From Fidelibacterota bacterium (GTDB lineage: Bacteria; Fidelibacterota; Marinisomatia; SCGC-AAA003-L08; D37C17), in assembly GCA_002707765.1 (NCBI GenBank), contig PANV01000004.1:32868-80960 (forward strand): 48,093 nucleotides of DNA. Direction: 5' to 3'. The translations under genes were made by a program, and so were the position numbers. Of the stretch, positions 1 to 9,218 are shown piece after piece; position 1 is the first letter of the stretch, and every line of letters begins with the position of its first letter. The notes beneath the pieces were generated by a model that worked only from the letters and a program-made list of their open reading frames with translations, did not search any database and was not told the DNA's origin.

Positions 1-450
1 GATGATAATTTACTTAATGAAGATTATGGACAAACTCTTACAGGTGATGGTGAATTAGACTACAGATATGCCTCTTTAAATAATTTTCAATTTCCAGTTA
101 GAGGGTATAATGTTGCCCAAAAATTTGGTACTAAATCATTAATAGCAAATTTTGAATTAAGGTTACCTTTTTTGATATATTATTTTCCAACAATAAAATA
201 TTTAGGACAGATATTTGGTGTTATATTTATAGATGCAGGTGTAGCTTGGAATGATAAAATTCCGAATTTTTCAAGCAAGAATAGTTGGCAATTAGATAAT
301 AATGAAGGTTGGATAATGTCATTTGGTTTTGGACCAAGATTTAATTTTTTAGGAATGCCATGGAAACTTGATTATGCTTGGCAATATAATCCACATAGAG
401 GTATTATTTCTTCAAGAAAGTGGTATCTTTCTATAGGTATAGACTTTTAG
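1..450 (+). CDS. Outer-membrane beta-barrel protein, C-terminal fragment (Omp85/BamA-like); 5' end lies outside the window
   Basis: Frame +1 is open from base 1 to TAG 448-450, so the 92-aa track ORF is only the tail of a longer protein. The tail (WKLDYAWQYN...WYLSIGIDF) has alternating aromatic/hydrophobic beta-strand character and ends in Phe, as in Omp85-type barrels. Confidence 0.5.
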   Translation, partial: DDNLLNEDYGQTLTGDGELDYRYASLNNFQFPVRGYNVAQKFGTKSLIANFELRLPFLIYYFPTIKYLGQIFGVIFIDAGVAWNDKIPNFSSKNSWQLDNNEGWIMSFGFGPRFNFLGMPWKLDYAWQYNPHRGIISSRKWYLSIGIDF

Positions 451-451
451 T

Positions 452-892
452 ATGGAAAAAAAAATCTACATATATACAGATGGTGCATGCAGAGGTAATC
501 CCGGTCCAGGTGGATGGGGTGCACTATTAAAGTATGAAAACCATATAAAAGAAATTAAAGGTGGATCTTTATTGACAACAAATAATATTATGGAATTAAC
601 AGCTGTGATTGAATCTCTCAATCAATTAAAATTTAAATCTAAAGTAGTTGTAACAACAGATTCTGCCTATGTAAAAAATGGAATAACAACCTGGATTCAT
701 AATTGGAAGTTAAAGGGCTGGAAAACGGCTTCAAAAAAACCTGTAAAAAACAAAGAATTATGGATGAAGCTAGATGCCTTATCATCCAAACATGACATTC
801 TTTGGAAGTGGGTCAAAGGTCATAGTGGAAATCCTGATAATGATAGAGCTGATTTTTTAGCTAATCAAGGAATAGATGACCTATATCTTTAA
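452..892 (+). CDS. rnhA: Ribonuclease HI
   Basis: 146 aa. N-terminus IYTDGACRGNPGPGGWGALL, then MELTAV, TDSAYV and GHSGNPDNDRADFLA, the canonical RNase HI DEDD-region motifs. Confidence 0.93.
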   Translation: MEKKIYIYTDGACRGNPGPGGWGALLKYENHIKEIKGGSLLTTNNIMELTAVIESLNQLKFKSKVVVTTDSAYVKNGITTWIHNWKLKGWKTASKKPVKNKELWMKLDALSSKHDILWKWVKGHSGNPDNDRADFLANQGIDDLYL

Positions 893-976
893 TGTGACTT
901 TTATCACAAATTTTAAGTATAGATTTTTTGAAATTATAATACAAGGTTAAGATAATCTATTGATTATCTAGCATAT

Positions 977-1004
977 AAAAGGGGAAGTGAATACTTCCCC
1001 TTTG
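977..1004. terminator. Bidirectional intrinsic terminator hairpin between convergent rnhA and the S1 protease gene
   Basis: Perfect 8-bp GC-containing stem GGGGAAGT (981-988) / ACTTCCCC (993-1000) with a GAAT loop. It is flanked by AAAA upstream and TTT downstream, so either strand reads hairpin plus T-tract. Confidence 0.75.
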
Positions 1005-1008
1005 CTAT

Positions 1009-2805
1009 TTATCCCATAATTATATTGATAAGTAAGACAATATCATTTATGTTGGTATTATTATCATTATTTAAATCAGCCAAATTTAATTGGGTTTCGG
1101 ATGGTTCTAAAATACCCATAATCATATTTACCATAGCCACAACATCAAGTATATTAATTGCATTGTCTAAATTTAAATCTCCCATCATAAAAAAACATCC
1201 ATCATCTTCAGGACTATAATAACCTGAGGAACAATCATCGCAATTGTCTTCATCTATATCTGAACATAAAAAATTATCTAAAGGATGTGAATCAATCTGG
1301 TCTGAAACACCATCATTATCGTCGTCTATATCTCCCGCGTCACATAGACCATCTCCATCAAAGTCTAATCCATCATTCGAAATATCAAAACTTCCTGAAT
1401 TACAATCATCACAACTGTCATCATCAATATCAGAGCAGACATATTGGTCATTATCGTCCCAATCATTGGATTCAGCGACTCCATCATTATCGTTGTCAGT
1501 TTGATTAGTACCATCATAAGTCCCAACTATTTGAATAGCACCACTATTAATTGGATCTAACCATTGACTAACATTACTAAAAGAAAGAGAGAATTTTCCA
1601 TAGTAGTCTTCTGTATCACCTGAATAACAATTACCTGAACCTCCAGATAATTGCCCTACTAATAATCCATCTTCATTAAATACAGGAGAACCTGAAGAAC
1701 CACCATATGTTCCTCCATCATCCCATAAAACCCTCCAGTGTGAACCTGCAGGTGACGACCCTTGTCCCTGCCAGTTAATTGATCCAGAACTATATGCCAT
1801 ATCATTATCGAAGTTTATTTTTTTAGGATCACCATTTGGATGGTGAACACCACATGAAATAACTGGATTTTCATTTGATTTACTCCAACCACTATAAAAT
1901 ATACCATCTGAGATTGAAGAATCATTTATTATCAATAGGGCATAATCATTGTCCATACCATTTGAATCAGATAAAATAGAACTTCCATATTCATATGAAC
2001 CTTGATTTGCCCAGCTTCCATTACATGAGGATGTTTTATAATTAAAATAAAATCTGAATGTGCTAGGATTATCTCCTTCAACACAATGCCATGCAGTCCA
2101 ATAGTAAGGTGTTAAATCAAAACTTGTATTATTAATCATTGCTCCACTACATATATAACCACCCATATCTAAGAATGATGTAGCATTAATTTGATCTGTA
2201 AATTCGTTAGCACTATTACATACTACATTATCACCACAGCTTCTTGAATTAGAACTATTTGAAAAATTTAAAATATCTCTATAATCATGTATTATATAAT
2301 CTATACTAATTATACCTTCACCATAAGCTTCAAATGGTTCATAATATTCTAAATTGACATAATCGCCTTGTATTAATGGAGTAGAAAAAAGCATATCGGG
2401 CTGATTATTTTTTTGTGTATAAGCTCCTAATATTTTATTTTCATTATACACAAAAAAACTTGAGTTATCTGGTAACTTGAAATTATCATATTCTATAGAA
2501 ATTGCCTTGGCATTTTCACTTTTAATTGACAATGTCCATATCCTATCTCCATTTTCTAGTGATTGCCACTCACCAGAATTTTGTAAATTTAATTTAACAT
2601 TAAATTTATAGCCATACCTGAATGGAGTTGCTGGTGGTCTATTTTCATCTTCTAAAAGTAGTTTTTCTATATCAAGTATAGGCATACTGACTAAATTATT
2701 ATTTAGTTTAATTTCATTTTGTTTTGTAAATGGCATACCTCCAATACTATCTTGAGAAATAATAATATTGATTAAAAATATTAAAGAAAATAAAATTGTA
2801 TGCAT
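1009..2805 (-). CDS. Secreted trypsin-fold (S1, lysyl-endopeptidase-like) serine protease with an Asp/Cys-rich calcium-binding-type linker and a C-terminal dockerin-like module
   Basis: Signal-peptide-like N-terminus MHTILFSLIFLINIIISQ. Catalytic-triad contexts TAWHCV (His), NDYALLII (Asp) and GGSSGSPVF (Ser). DxDxDG-type acidic repeats follow. The last 57 aa form two dockerin-like segments. Confidence 0.8.
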   Translation of the reverse strand: MHTILFSLIFLINIIISQDSIGGMPFTKQNEIKLNNNLVSMPILDIEKLLLEDENRPPATPFRYGYKFNVKLNLQNSGEWQSLENGDRIWTLSIKSENAKAISIEYDNFKLPDNSSFFVYNENKILGAYTQKNNQPDMLFSTPLIQGDYVNLEYYEPFEAYGEGIISIDYIIHDYRDILNFSNSSNSRSCGDNVVCNSANEFTDQINATSFLDMGGYICSGAMINNTSFDLTPYYWTAWHCVEGDNPSTFRFYFNYKTSSCNGSWANQGSYEYGSSILSDSNGMDNDYALLIINDSSISDGIFYSGWSKSNENPVISCGVHHPNGDPKKINFDNDMAYSSGSINWQGQGSSPAGSHWRVLWDDGGTYGGSSGSPVFNEDGLLVGQLSGGSGNCYSGDTEDYYGKFSLSFSNVSQWLDPINSGAIQIVGTYDGTNQTDNDNDGVAESNDWDDNDQYVCSDIDDDSCDDCNSGSFDISNDGLDFDGDGLCDAGDIDDDNDGVSDQIDSHPLDNFLCSDIDEDNCDDCSSGYYSPEDDGCFFMMGDLNLDNAINILDVVAMVNMIMGILEPSETQLNLADLNNDNNTNINDIVLLINIIMG

Positions 2806-2818
2806 TAAAATTCTCCGA

Positions 2819-5809
2819 TTAGTTTAAAATTAAATTGACTATATTAATAATATCTAAAACATCAATAAATCCATCAGTATTTATGTCAGCTGATTCATTG
2901 TAAGTGTTCGAACCTAAAATAATATTTACACTAAGTATAACATCTTGAATATTTATATTACCATCATTATTGACATCACCATATAAAATTGACGAATAAA
3001 AACATGGAGGAAAAATAATATTATCTATGTAAGCTGCATCTTCTCCTACTGTAACCGCTTGGTCTTTGATATATTTCCAAGTAAATATATGAATACCAGC
3101 TGATACCGGGAAAACGTTTGTTGACCAATTTATTTCACCTGCCCATTTTTCCTGTTCAATATTATCAATATAAAATGCTAAATAATCGTAAAAATTTCCA
3201 GTCTGACTTCCTACATCTTCACAAGAAACTTTTTTATCAAATTGAATGTTTCCATCTTCTTCAATATTCATTTCTATTGAAATTTCAGATATCATGTTAT
3301 GATCAATTTGTCCAGATTTTATGTGTGATGACTCATTTATCAATTGATTACCGTTTATAATTTCCCAATTTTGTTCACTATTTAGAATCCATGGAAATTC
3401 GTTAAATGAATTATGGTTAAAGTCTTCAATTAAATATTCTACATTAAAATAATATGTATTATCCCATAAATTATTTGTTGAAATTACTTCAACATCTAAT
3501 GTAAAGTTATGACCAAAAGGTGCATTTTGATCAATTAAAAAAGACAATATTACATCTATATTTTCTCCAGCACTTAAGTTATCAATATTAATATTTTCAG
3601 TAATCATATTAATATATTGGTTATTATCAGTATTTATTAGATTGACCTGTATATTGTTATCGTTAGCATTACCTATATTTTCTAAGTTTAGTAATACATT
3701 GATTATCTCATTTTGAGATATCATCAAATCTTGTCCCATATCAATACTTTGTGAGGAAATTGAGGTGAATGCACCATCTGGAGAAGCTACAAAAATTTCG
3801 TTAAAATGTGGTATTTTATTTTGACCTGTAATTGTAATATCTAAATTTGTAACATCATTAATTGGATCAAAAATTAGCACAACGAATCCAGACTCGTCAA
3901 CTGTTCCCGAACTTATCAGTTCATTGCTTTGAGATAATCCAACATAGCTAAATGGATCAGCTTGAATTTCAATCGCTTCAGAACCAATAGGTAAGAATAA
4001 ATCATAGTTTGCATTAATTTCTTCAGGAATACCTTGGTAAGTTGAAAGGGAAGGGTCCCCCATTAAATGGTAAATTTCCCAGTAATAATCATCCATACCA
4101 TTTGCTTGAGCAACAGCAAGATTGCCCACCATCATTATTGCACTATTAACCACTGCCCAGGTATCTTCATTTTGCAAATGAAACATGGCATCATACGCAC
4201 CAATACCCGAAGTATTATATGATGGATTTACGCTTACATTCCCAGAACCTACTCCCCACCAATAATCTTCATCCCAGTATGTAACATCTGAACCTCCAAT
4301 ATAACCAATAGCTCCAGCATTAGCTTTTCTTAGAAGAGTTTCTCCAAAACAAGACCCCGTATCAAATGCATTAGTTAAACAACAGTTCCCTATCATTGTT
4401 GGATATCTATTAAAATTCGTCATGTTACTTGCATCATTAAGATCAAATTCAGGATCTGCCCAACCTGATTCCCAACCATGCGCAGTATAGTTAATAAACC
4501 CTACGCCTTGATTAGCTATATTTAAAATTTGATTTTGTGAATTACCTGACGCAGGATATAAAAATGTGTTTGAGTTAATACCATTGTTAGAATTGAAATA
4601 ATATTGATTTCCATAATTAATTTGTCCATTTCCATAAGTAGGAGCAAAGTTAGCATCTACTCCAGAAATCATTAGAACTTCGCCTAAAAAATTCGGATTA
4701 GGCATATTGAACTGTTCGTATTCTAATGTTTTCTCAACTTGCGCAATGGCATGATTAGGATTTTGTGCAGAAAATCTACCACATAAAACATCTGGTAAAT
4801 TATCATTTGTATAATCACAATAATCTAAATCTGAAACATGACCACCACTTGAGTAAGAAGCAGGAATTTGTTGCGTGTCTCCAACTAATAAAACAAATGA
4901 TGGAATAGGGTCTCCATTAATTGGATTATCATATTTATTTTGAAGATAGTTTTTTATTTGATTTGAGGATGATCCTATCTCATCAGTATATCCAACTGTA
5001 ACATGAAATCCTTTTCTAGTTTTCCAATTAATGAATGTTTCTAAACTATTTTCAAAAATTCTATCAGCTATGATAATATAGCCAACTTTATCTTCAATAA
5101 AATCATTTTCACGTGTTGCTTCATTTACAGAACTATAATTTTTTAAAGAATTTCTAAAAATTGGTTCGAAAAAATAAGAAAACGCTTTGGATTTATTTTG
5201 GTTATATTGTTCAAACTCTAGATTGTCAAAATATATTTTAAATTTAATATTTTTATGTACAATTACCTCATTGGTTACGGGGTTATATTCTAGGGGACTA
5301 ATCATAAGATTAGCTATATTTACTTCTCTAAGCTTTCCTTTATTTTTAATTTCAATCAATGGATTTTTTATAAATTTATTACTTGCATATTCCTTTTCAT
5401 TAAATTCGAACTTATTTTGATATTTACTTTTGGCTCGGGAACCTTGGACTGGATCAATTAAAAAATTAATATTATTTTTATTTCCATTGATAATTTCAAT
5501 TTCGTCATTAATAATTTCTATTCTAAAATTATTATCTTGTGGTATTTCAATTAAGTTATTTACCATTGGTAAATTTGGCAGTCCTAATTGTTTTGATGGG
5601 TAACTATTTAATAATGAAATATTAGTAAAACTTTGTTGATTAATTTGTATTTCACTTAATATCAGTTCATTAATCGAAAACTCAACTTCTATAGAATTTG
5701 GACTAATATTATTAATTCTAAATAATTGTACATTATTTAAATTGATTTTATTATTAGAAAATAAAAATTGAGATAAAAATAAAAAAAATAAAAATTGTTT
5801 AAACCTCAT
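2819..5809 (-). CDS. Secreted peptidase C25 (gingipain-like cysteine protease) with C-terminal beta-sandwich-like domains and a dockerin-like module
   Basis: Signal-peptide-like MRFKQFLFFLFLSQFLFS. C25-type His context INYTAHGWESGW and Cys context TMIGNCCLTNAFD. The last 54 aa, DVNNDGNINIQDVILSVNIILG...DINTDGFIDVLDIINIVNLILN, are dockerin-like. GGAG lies before the ATG of the downstream S1 protease gene (13-nt spacer). Confidence 0.8.
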   Translation of the reverse strand: MRFKQFLFFLFLSQFLFSNNKINLNNVQLFRINNISPNSIEVEFSINELILSEIQINQQSFTNISLLNSYPSKQLGLPNLPMVNNLIEIPQDNNFRIEIINDEIEIINGNKNNINFLIDPVQGSRAKSKYQNKFEFNEKEYASNKFIKNPLIEIKNKGKLREVNIANLMISPLEYNPVTNEVIVHKNIKFKIYFDNLEFEQYNQNKSKAFSYFFEPIFRNSLKNYSSVNEATRENDFIEDKVGYIIIADRIFENSLETFINWKTRKGFHVTVGYTDEIGSSSNQIKNYLQNKYDNPINGDPIPSFVLLVGDTQQIPASYSSGGHVSDLDYCDYTNDNLPDVLCGRFSAQNPNHAIAQVEKTLEYEQFNMPNPNFLGEVLMISGVDANFAPTYGNGQINYGNQYYFNSNNGINSNTFLYPASGNSQNQILNIANQGVGFINYTAHGWESGWADPEFDLNDASNMTNFNRYPTMIGNCCLTNAFDTGSCFGETLLRKANAGAIGYIGGSDVTYWDEDYWWGVGSGNVSVNPSYNTSGIGAYDAMFHLQNEDTWAVVNSAIMMVGNLAVAQANGMDDYYWEIYHLMGDPSLSTYQGIPEEINANYDLFLPIGSEAIEIQADPFSYVGLSQSNELISSGTVDESGFVVLIFDPINDVTNLDITITGQNKIPHFNEIFVASPDGAFTSISSQSIDMGQDLMISQNEIINVLLNLENIGNANDNNIQVNLINTDNNQYINMITENINIDNLSAGENIDVILSFLIDQNAPFGHNFTLDVEVISTNNLWDNTYYFNVEYLIEDFNHNSFNEFPWILNSEQNWEIINGNQLINESSHIKSGQIDHNMISEISIEMNIEEDGNIQFDKKVSCEDVGSQTGNFYDYLAFYIDNIEQEKWAGEINWSTNVFPVSAGIHIFTWKYIKDQAVTVGEDAAYIDNIIFPPCFYSSILYGDVNNDGNINIQDVILSVNIILGSNTYNESADINTDGFIDVLDIINIVNLILN

Positions 5810-5975
5810 ACTGCTCCCATTAAATTTTGATAATTTAATTTATATTTTATATAACAAGATAACTATTTAATATTCATAACAAAATGTAACATCAAATTAT
5901 TACATTTTAAATACATATGATATGGAACATATATTCAATATAAGTTGTAAAACTTAATTGATATAATTTTTAAAA

Positions 5976-8900
5976 ATGAAATTCAAAATTTATTTAATAT
6001 TACATCTAATTTTTCAAACCTCTTTTTTATTTCCAAATGAAAAATTAAAATTTTCTGCTGATTTTGCTGAAAGTTATATTGAAAACAATTTAAAAATAAA
6101 AGTTTTTAAAGATAATGTTAAGATAATTGATAAAGATAAAATCTTGTTTACAGATTTAGCAAAATATTTACAGGATTCAAATAAAGTTATTTTAAGTGGA
6201 AATGTGAAAATGTTTAATCAATTAGATACATTATCTTGTAATGAATTGATTATTTTTCAAAATAATAATAAAAGATATGAAGCTCTTGGAAATGTTATTT
6301 TTAACCGAAAAAGTACAATTATTAAATCAGAAAAATTATTATACTTTACAGATTCAGAGCAAATTGAAGCCTTTGGAAATGTTTATTTAAAAAATGAGAA
6401 TAACGAAATTTATGGACAGTCTTTAAAAATTAATTACAAAAATAATAAGGTTTCCGAAATTAATATGTTTGATGAAGTTAATTTAATTAATAAAAAATTC
6501 TTTTTATTTAAAGACAATAATTTACCTCAATTATTAGAAGACAATATGACATCAAATATACTATTGATTTACTTTGATGAAAATGAAAGTATAGATTCAA
6601 TCAAATTAATCGGTATGGCACAAGCTAATTTTAATGCAATATCAGACAGTTTATTGAAAGGATATAATAATGTTTCTGGTGATACAATTTTAATTAGAAT
6701 CAAAGATGATGAATTAACTAATATGTTTGTAAAAGGAGGAGCCATAGGAAGCTTTCAACCTGATAAAAAAAATGAAAATTTATTATATAATATTTCATAT
6801 AACGCTGAAGAGATAAGTTATGATTTGGAAAATGAGCTAACTTATTTAGTAGAATCAGCCAAGGTTGTTTATGGAGAAACAACATTAGAGGGAGGTGAAA
6901 TTAATGCAGATTTAAAAACAAATATAGTTGAAAGTAAAATAAGTAAATCAATTATACCCTCAGTTAAAACAGGGAATGAATCTCCAACATTTGGACATTA
7001 TATGAAGTTTAATTTATATTATGAAACTGGTACAATAGAACAAGGATATAATAAAATCGATATGGGTATCTTTCAAGGTGATAGTTTTATTACAGATAAG
7101 AATGAAGATATTTATATAGAAAATGGAGTTTTTACATCATGTGATATTGAAGAGCCTCATTATCATTTTGAAAGTAATATCATGAAAGTTGATAATAAAA
7201 ATAATCAAATTATAGCAAGGCCAATGAGATTATATATTCAGGATTTCCCATTAATTACTTTACCATTTGCTGTTTTACCTAATTCAAATCAAAATAGAAA
7301 AAGTGGATTTATTATGCCTTCATTTGGACATAGTAAAAATAATGGAACATGGATAGAAGACTTAGGATATTATTATGCACCAAATGATTATTATGATATA
7401 ATTACATATTTAGATTTCTATGACAGATCTAAAGTTAAACTCGATTCAAAAATAAATTATAAAAAAACATATGGTAATAATTGGTATAATTATAATTATT
7501 ACGGTCATTTTCAAATTAATAATTTTATAAATGAACTTAATCCTTCAAATAATGATTTTATAAATTTATTTGATAATGAAAAATCAACAACAAAATATTC
7601 AAGTAAATTTGCACATAATCAAGATTTTGGTAACAATCAATTCATTCGATTAAAATATGAATATTATAATTTTGAAAATTTATCAGATGTAGTAGAAAAT
7701 AATGCTAGAATTAGATTAGACCAAAAAGAAATTTCTCAAATTTACTATTCTAAATCATGGGATAATTCTAGTTTATCAATAGGAGCTTCATCATTTAGAA
7801 ATTTAATATTACCAGAACCTGATTATGAAAATCAACTAAGAGATTATAAAAAAGTAGACTATCCTAGCGTAAATTTTCAGTATAATAATCCACTACTTTT
7901 TGGTAAAACTGATAAATGGTTTGGTAATACTAAACTTTCCTACAATTTATCACATTTTAATGAAAGTATATCTTACTCAAAAAAATCAACTTGGCAATGC
8001 CAAGATCAAAATGGATTGATTACTTCCGATTTAAATTCTGAGCAGTGTTTACAAGATAATAATATCTGGGAAGGTGAATGTTTTGATTCAGATTATAATC
8101 AGTTAAGTCAAATTGTTTCACAAGAAGAATGTTTATCATCAAATAATATTTGGATACTCGATTGGGTGAAAAATGGAATTAGTAATCAGTCTAACCCTTC
8201 ATTGGAAAACAAGTTAACAATAAAAATCCCATTTAATTTTTTGTATTTTAATATAAATCCTAACATTGTTATTTCAGAACAATGGTCTTTAGATGGTATC
8301 TCTAAAATTAAAGCAAAAAAAAGACAAGGTTCTCTAGGTATAAATTTACAAACAAATATATATGGAACAATTAATTCCAGCTTGATTTTTAGAAAAATTC
8401 AAACTTTTAGGCATATAATTACTCCTTCCATAAATACAATTTATATTTCAAAAAATCAGCTAATATCAGGATCTTATGATGATTTTAACCAAACTAGATT
8501 TAATATTAATGATGATTTAATTAATAATTATTCACTTATTTCATCCTTTAATATTAATAATAGATTACAAGCAAAAATTTTGAATGAAGATAACGAATTG
8601 TATAAAAGAGAAATTTTAACTTATAATTTTTATACAAGTTATAATTGGGATACAAAATTATTCAATGCTTTAATGTCTTCAATCAGTTTAAAGGATAAAG
8701 CTGGAGGAGAATACCTTAGATTAAATATTGAACAAAGTTTTTATAGAAAAGATAGTAATGAATTTTTGAATGGGTTACCTAGATTAGTCGGAATGAGCAC
8801 AAGTATTTCTAGAAATTTTGGTTACACAATCAATAGTGATGAATATTCTGAATCAGAAACTAACCAAAAATTGAATAAACAAAATCTTTGGGATGCATCT

Positions 8901-9218
8901 TTTGGATTTACATTAACAGCAAAGTATGATTTACAAAAAAAATGGGATCTTGAATATTCAACTTTATCATTGAATTCAAATATTAGATTAACAAATTCAT
9001 GGCTAATGAAAAATAATTTTTATATTAATATGGTTGATTTAGAAATTAATTCTTATGAAGCTGAATTTATTCGATCACTTCATTGTTGGGATTTTTCATT
9101 TTTCATGAAACCTATTGGTTATAATCAAGGATTTGGTTTGAAAATAAGTATAAGTGAACCTAACTTACAGAGTTTAAAAGTCACACAATCTTCAAGAGTG
9201 CGTGGAAATAATTGGTAA
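5976..9218 (+). CDS. lptD: LPS-assembly outer-membrane protein LptD-like (OstA family)
   Basis: 1080 aa with a signal-peptide-like start. The N-terminal region has repeated OstA-like beta-jellyroll segments (ADFAE...NVKIIDKD...LSGNVKM...ALGNVIF...AFGNVYL). A long Tyr/Asn-rich C-terminal barrel-like region follows. A ptsN-like gene lies immediately downstream. Confidence 0.65.
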   Translation: MKFKIYLILHLIFQTSFLFPNEKLKFSADFAESYIENNLKIKVFKDNVKIIDKDKILFTDLAKYLQDSNKVILSGNVKMFNQLDTLSCNELIIFQNNNKRYEALGNVIFNRKSTIIKSEKLLYFTDSEQIEAFGNVYLKNENNEIYGQSLKINYKNNKVSEINMFDEVNLINKKFFLFKDNNLPQLLEDNMTSNILLIYFDENESIDSIKLIGMAQANFNAISDSLLKGYNNVSGDTILIRIKDDELTNMFVKGGAIGSFQPDKKNENLLYNISYNAEEISYDLENELTYLVESAKVVYGETTLEGGEINADLKTNIVESKISKSIIPSVKTGNESPTFGHYMKFNLYYETGTIEQGYNKIDMGIFQGDSFITDKNEDIYIENGVFTSCDIEEPHYHFESNIMKVDNKNNQIIARPMRLYIQDFPLITLPFAVLPNSNQNRKSGFIMPSFGHSKNNGTWIEDLGYYYAPNDYYDIITYLDFYDRSKVKLDSKINYKKTYGNNWYNYNYYGHFQINNFINELNPSNNDFINLFDNEKSTTKYSSKFAHNQDFGNNQFIRLKYEYYNFENLSDVVENNARIRLDQKEISQIYYSKSWDNSSLSIGASSFRNLILPEPDYENQLRDYKKVDYPSVNFQYNNPLLFGKTDKWFGNTKLSYNLSHFNESISYSKKSTWQCQDQNGLITSDLNSEQCLQDNNIWEGECFDSDYNQLSQIVSQEECLSSNNIWILDWVKNGISNQSNPSLENKLTIKIPFNFLYFNINPNIVISEQWSLDGISKIKAKKRQGSLGINLQTNIYGTINSSLIFRKIQTFRHIITPSINTIYISKNQLISGSYDDFNQTRFNINDDLINNYSLISSFNINNRLQAKILNEDNELYKREILTYNFYTSYNWDTKLFNALMSSISLKDKAGGEYLRLNIEQSFYRKDSNEFLNGLPRLVGMSTSISRNFGYTINSDEYSESETNQKLNKQNLWDASFGFTLTAKYDLQKKWDLEYSTLSLNSNIRLTNSWLMKNNFYINMVDLEINSYEAEFIRSLHCWDFSFFMKPIGYNQGFGLKISISEPNLQSLKVTQSSRVRGNNW

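Noticed and set aside
172-450. The 92-aa ORF as a complete small gene, and likewise 47642-47854 as a complete 70-aa gene.
   Set aside because: In both cases the reading frame stays open to the window edge (checked codon by codon), so they are fragments of longer genes cut by the window.
1025-1508. Plus-strand ORFs 1025-1219, 1244-1504 and 1287-1508 (64-86 aa; Ser-rich or His-rich translations).
   Set aside because: They lie entirely antisense to the well-supported S1 protease gene, in its dockerin and Asp/Cys-rich repeat region. The GAT/GAC-rich coding strand automatically gives open, low-complexity reverse frames. No independent signals support them.
2822-2983. A T9SS (Por) C-terminal sorting domain on the C25 and S1 proteases, as expected for gingipain relatives.
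   Set aside because: The tails are only ~55 aa and consist of two Ca-loop-plus-helix repeats (DxNxDGxIxxxD). They are not the ~70-80-aa beta-sandwich with the typical hydrophobic strand pattern. The dockerin-like reading fits better.
5881-5908. Inverted repeat AAAATGTAA-N10-TTACATTTT in the divergent C25/lptD promoter region.
   Set aside because: It is real in the sequence, but a 9-bp all-but-one A/T palindrome in a 166-bp, >80% A/T spacer is plausibly chance. Nothing else supports it, so I do not promote it to a finding.
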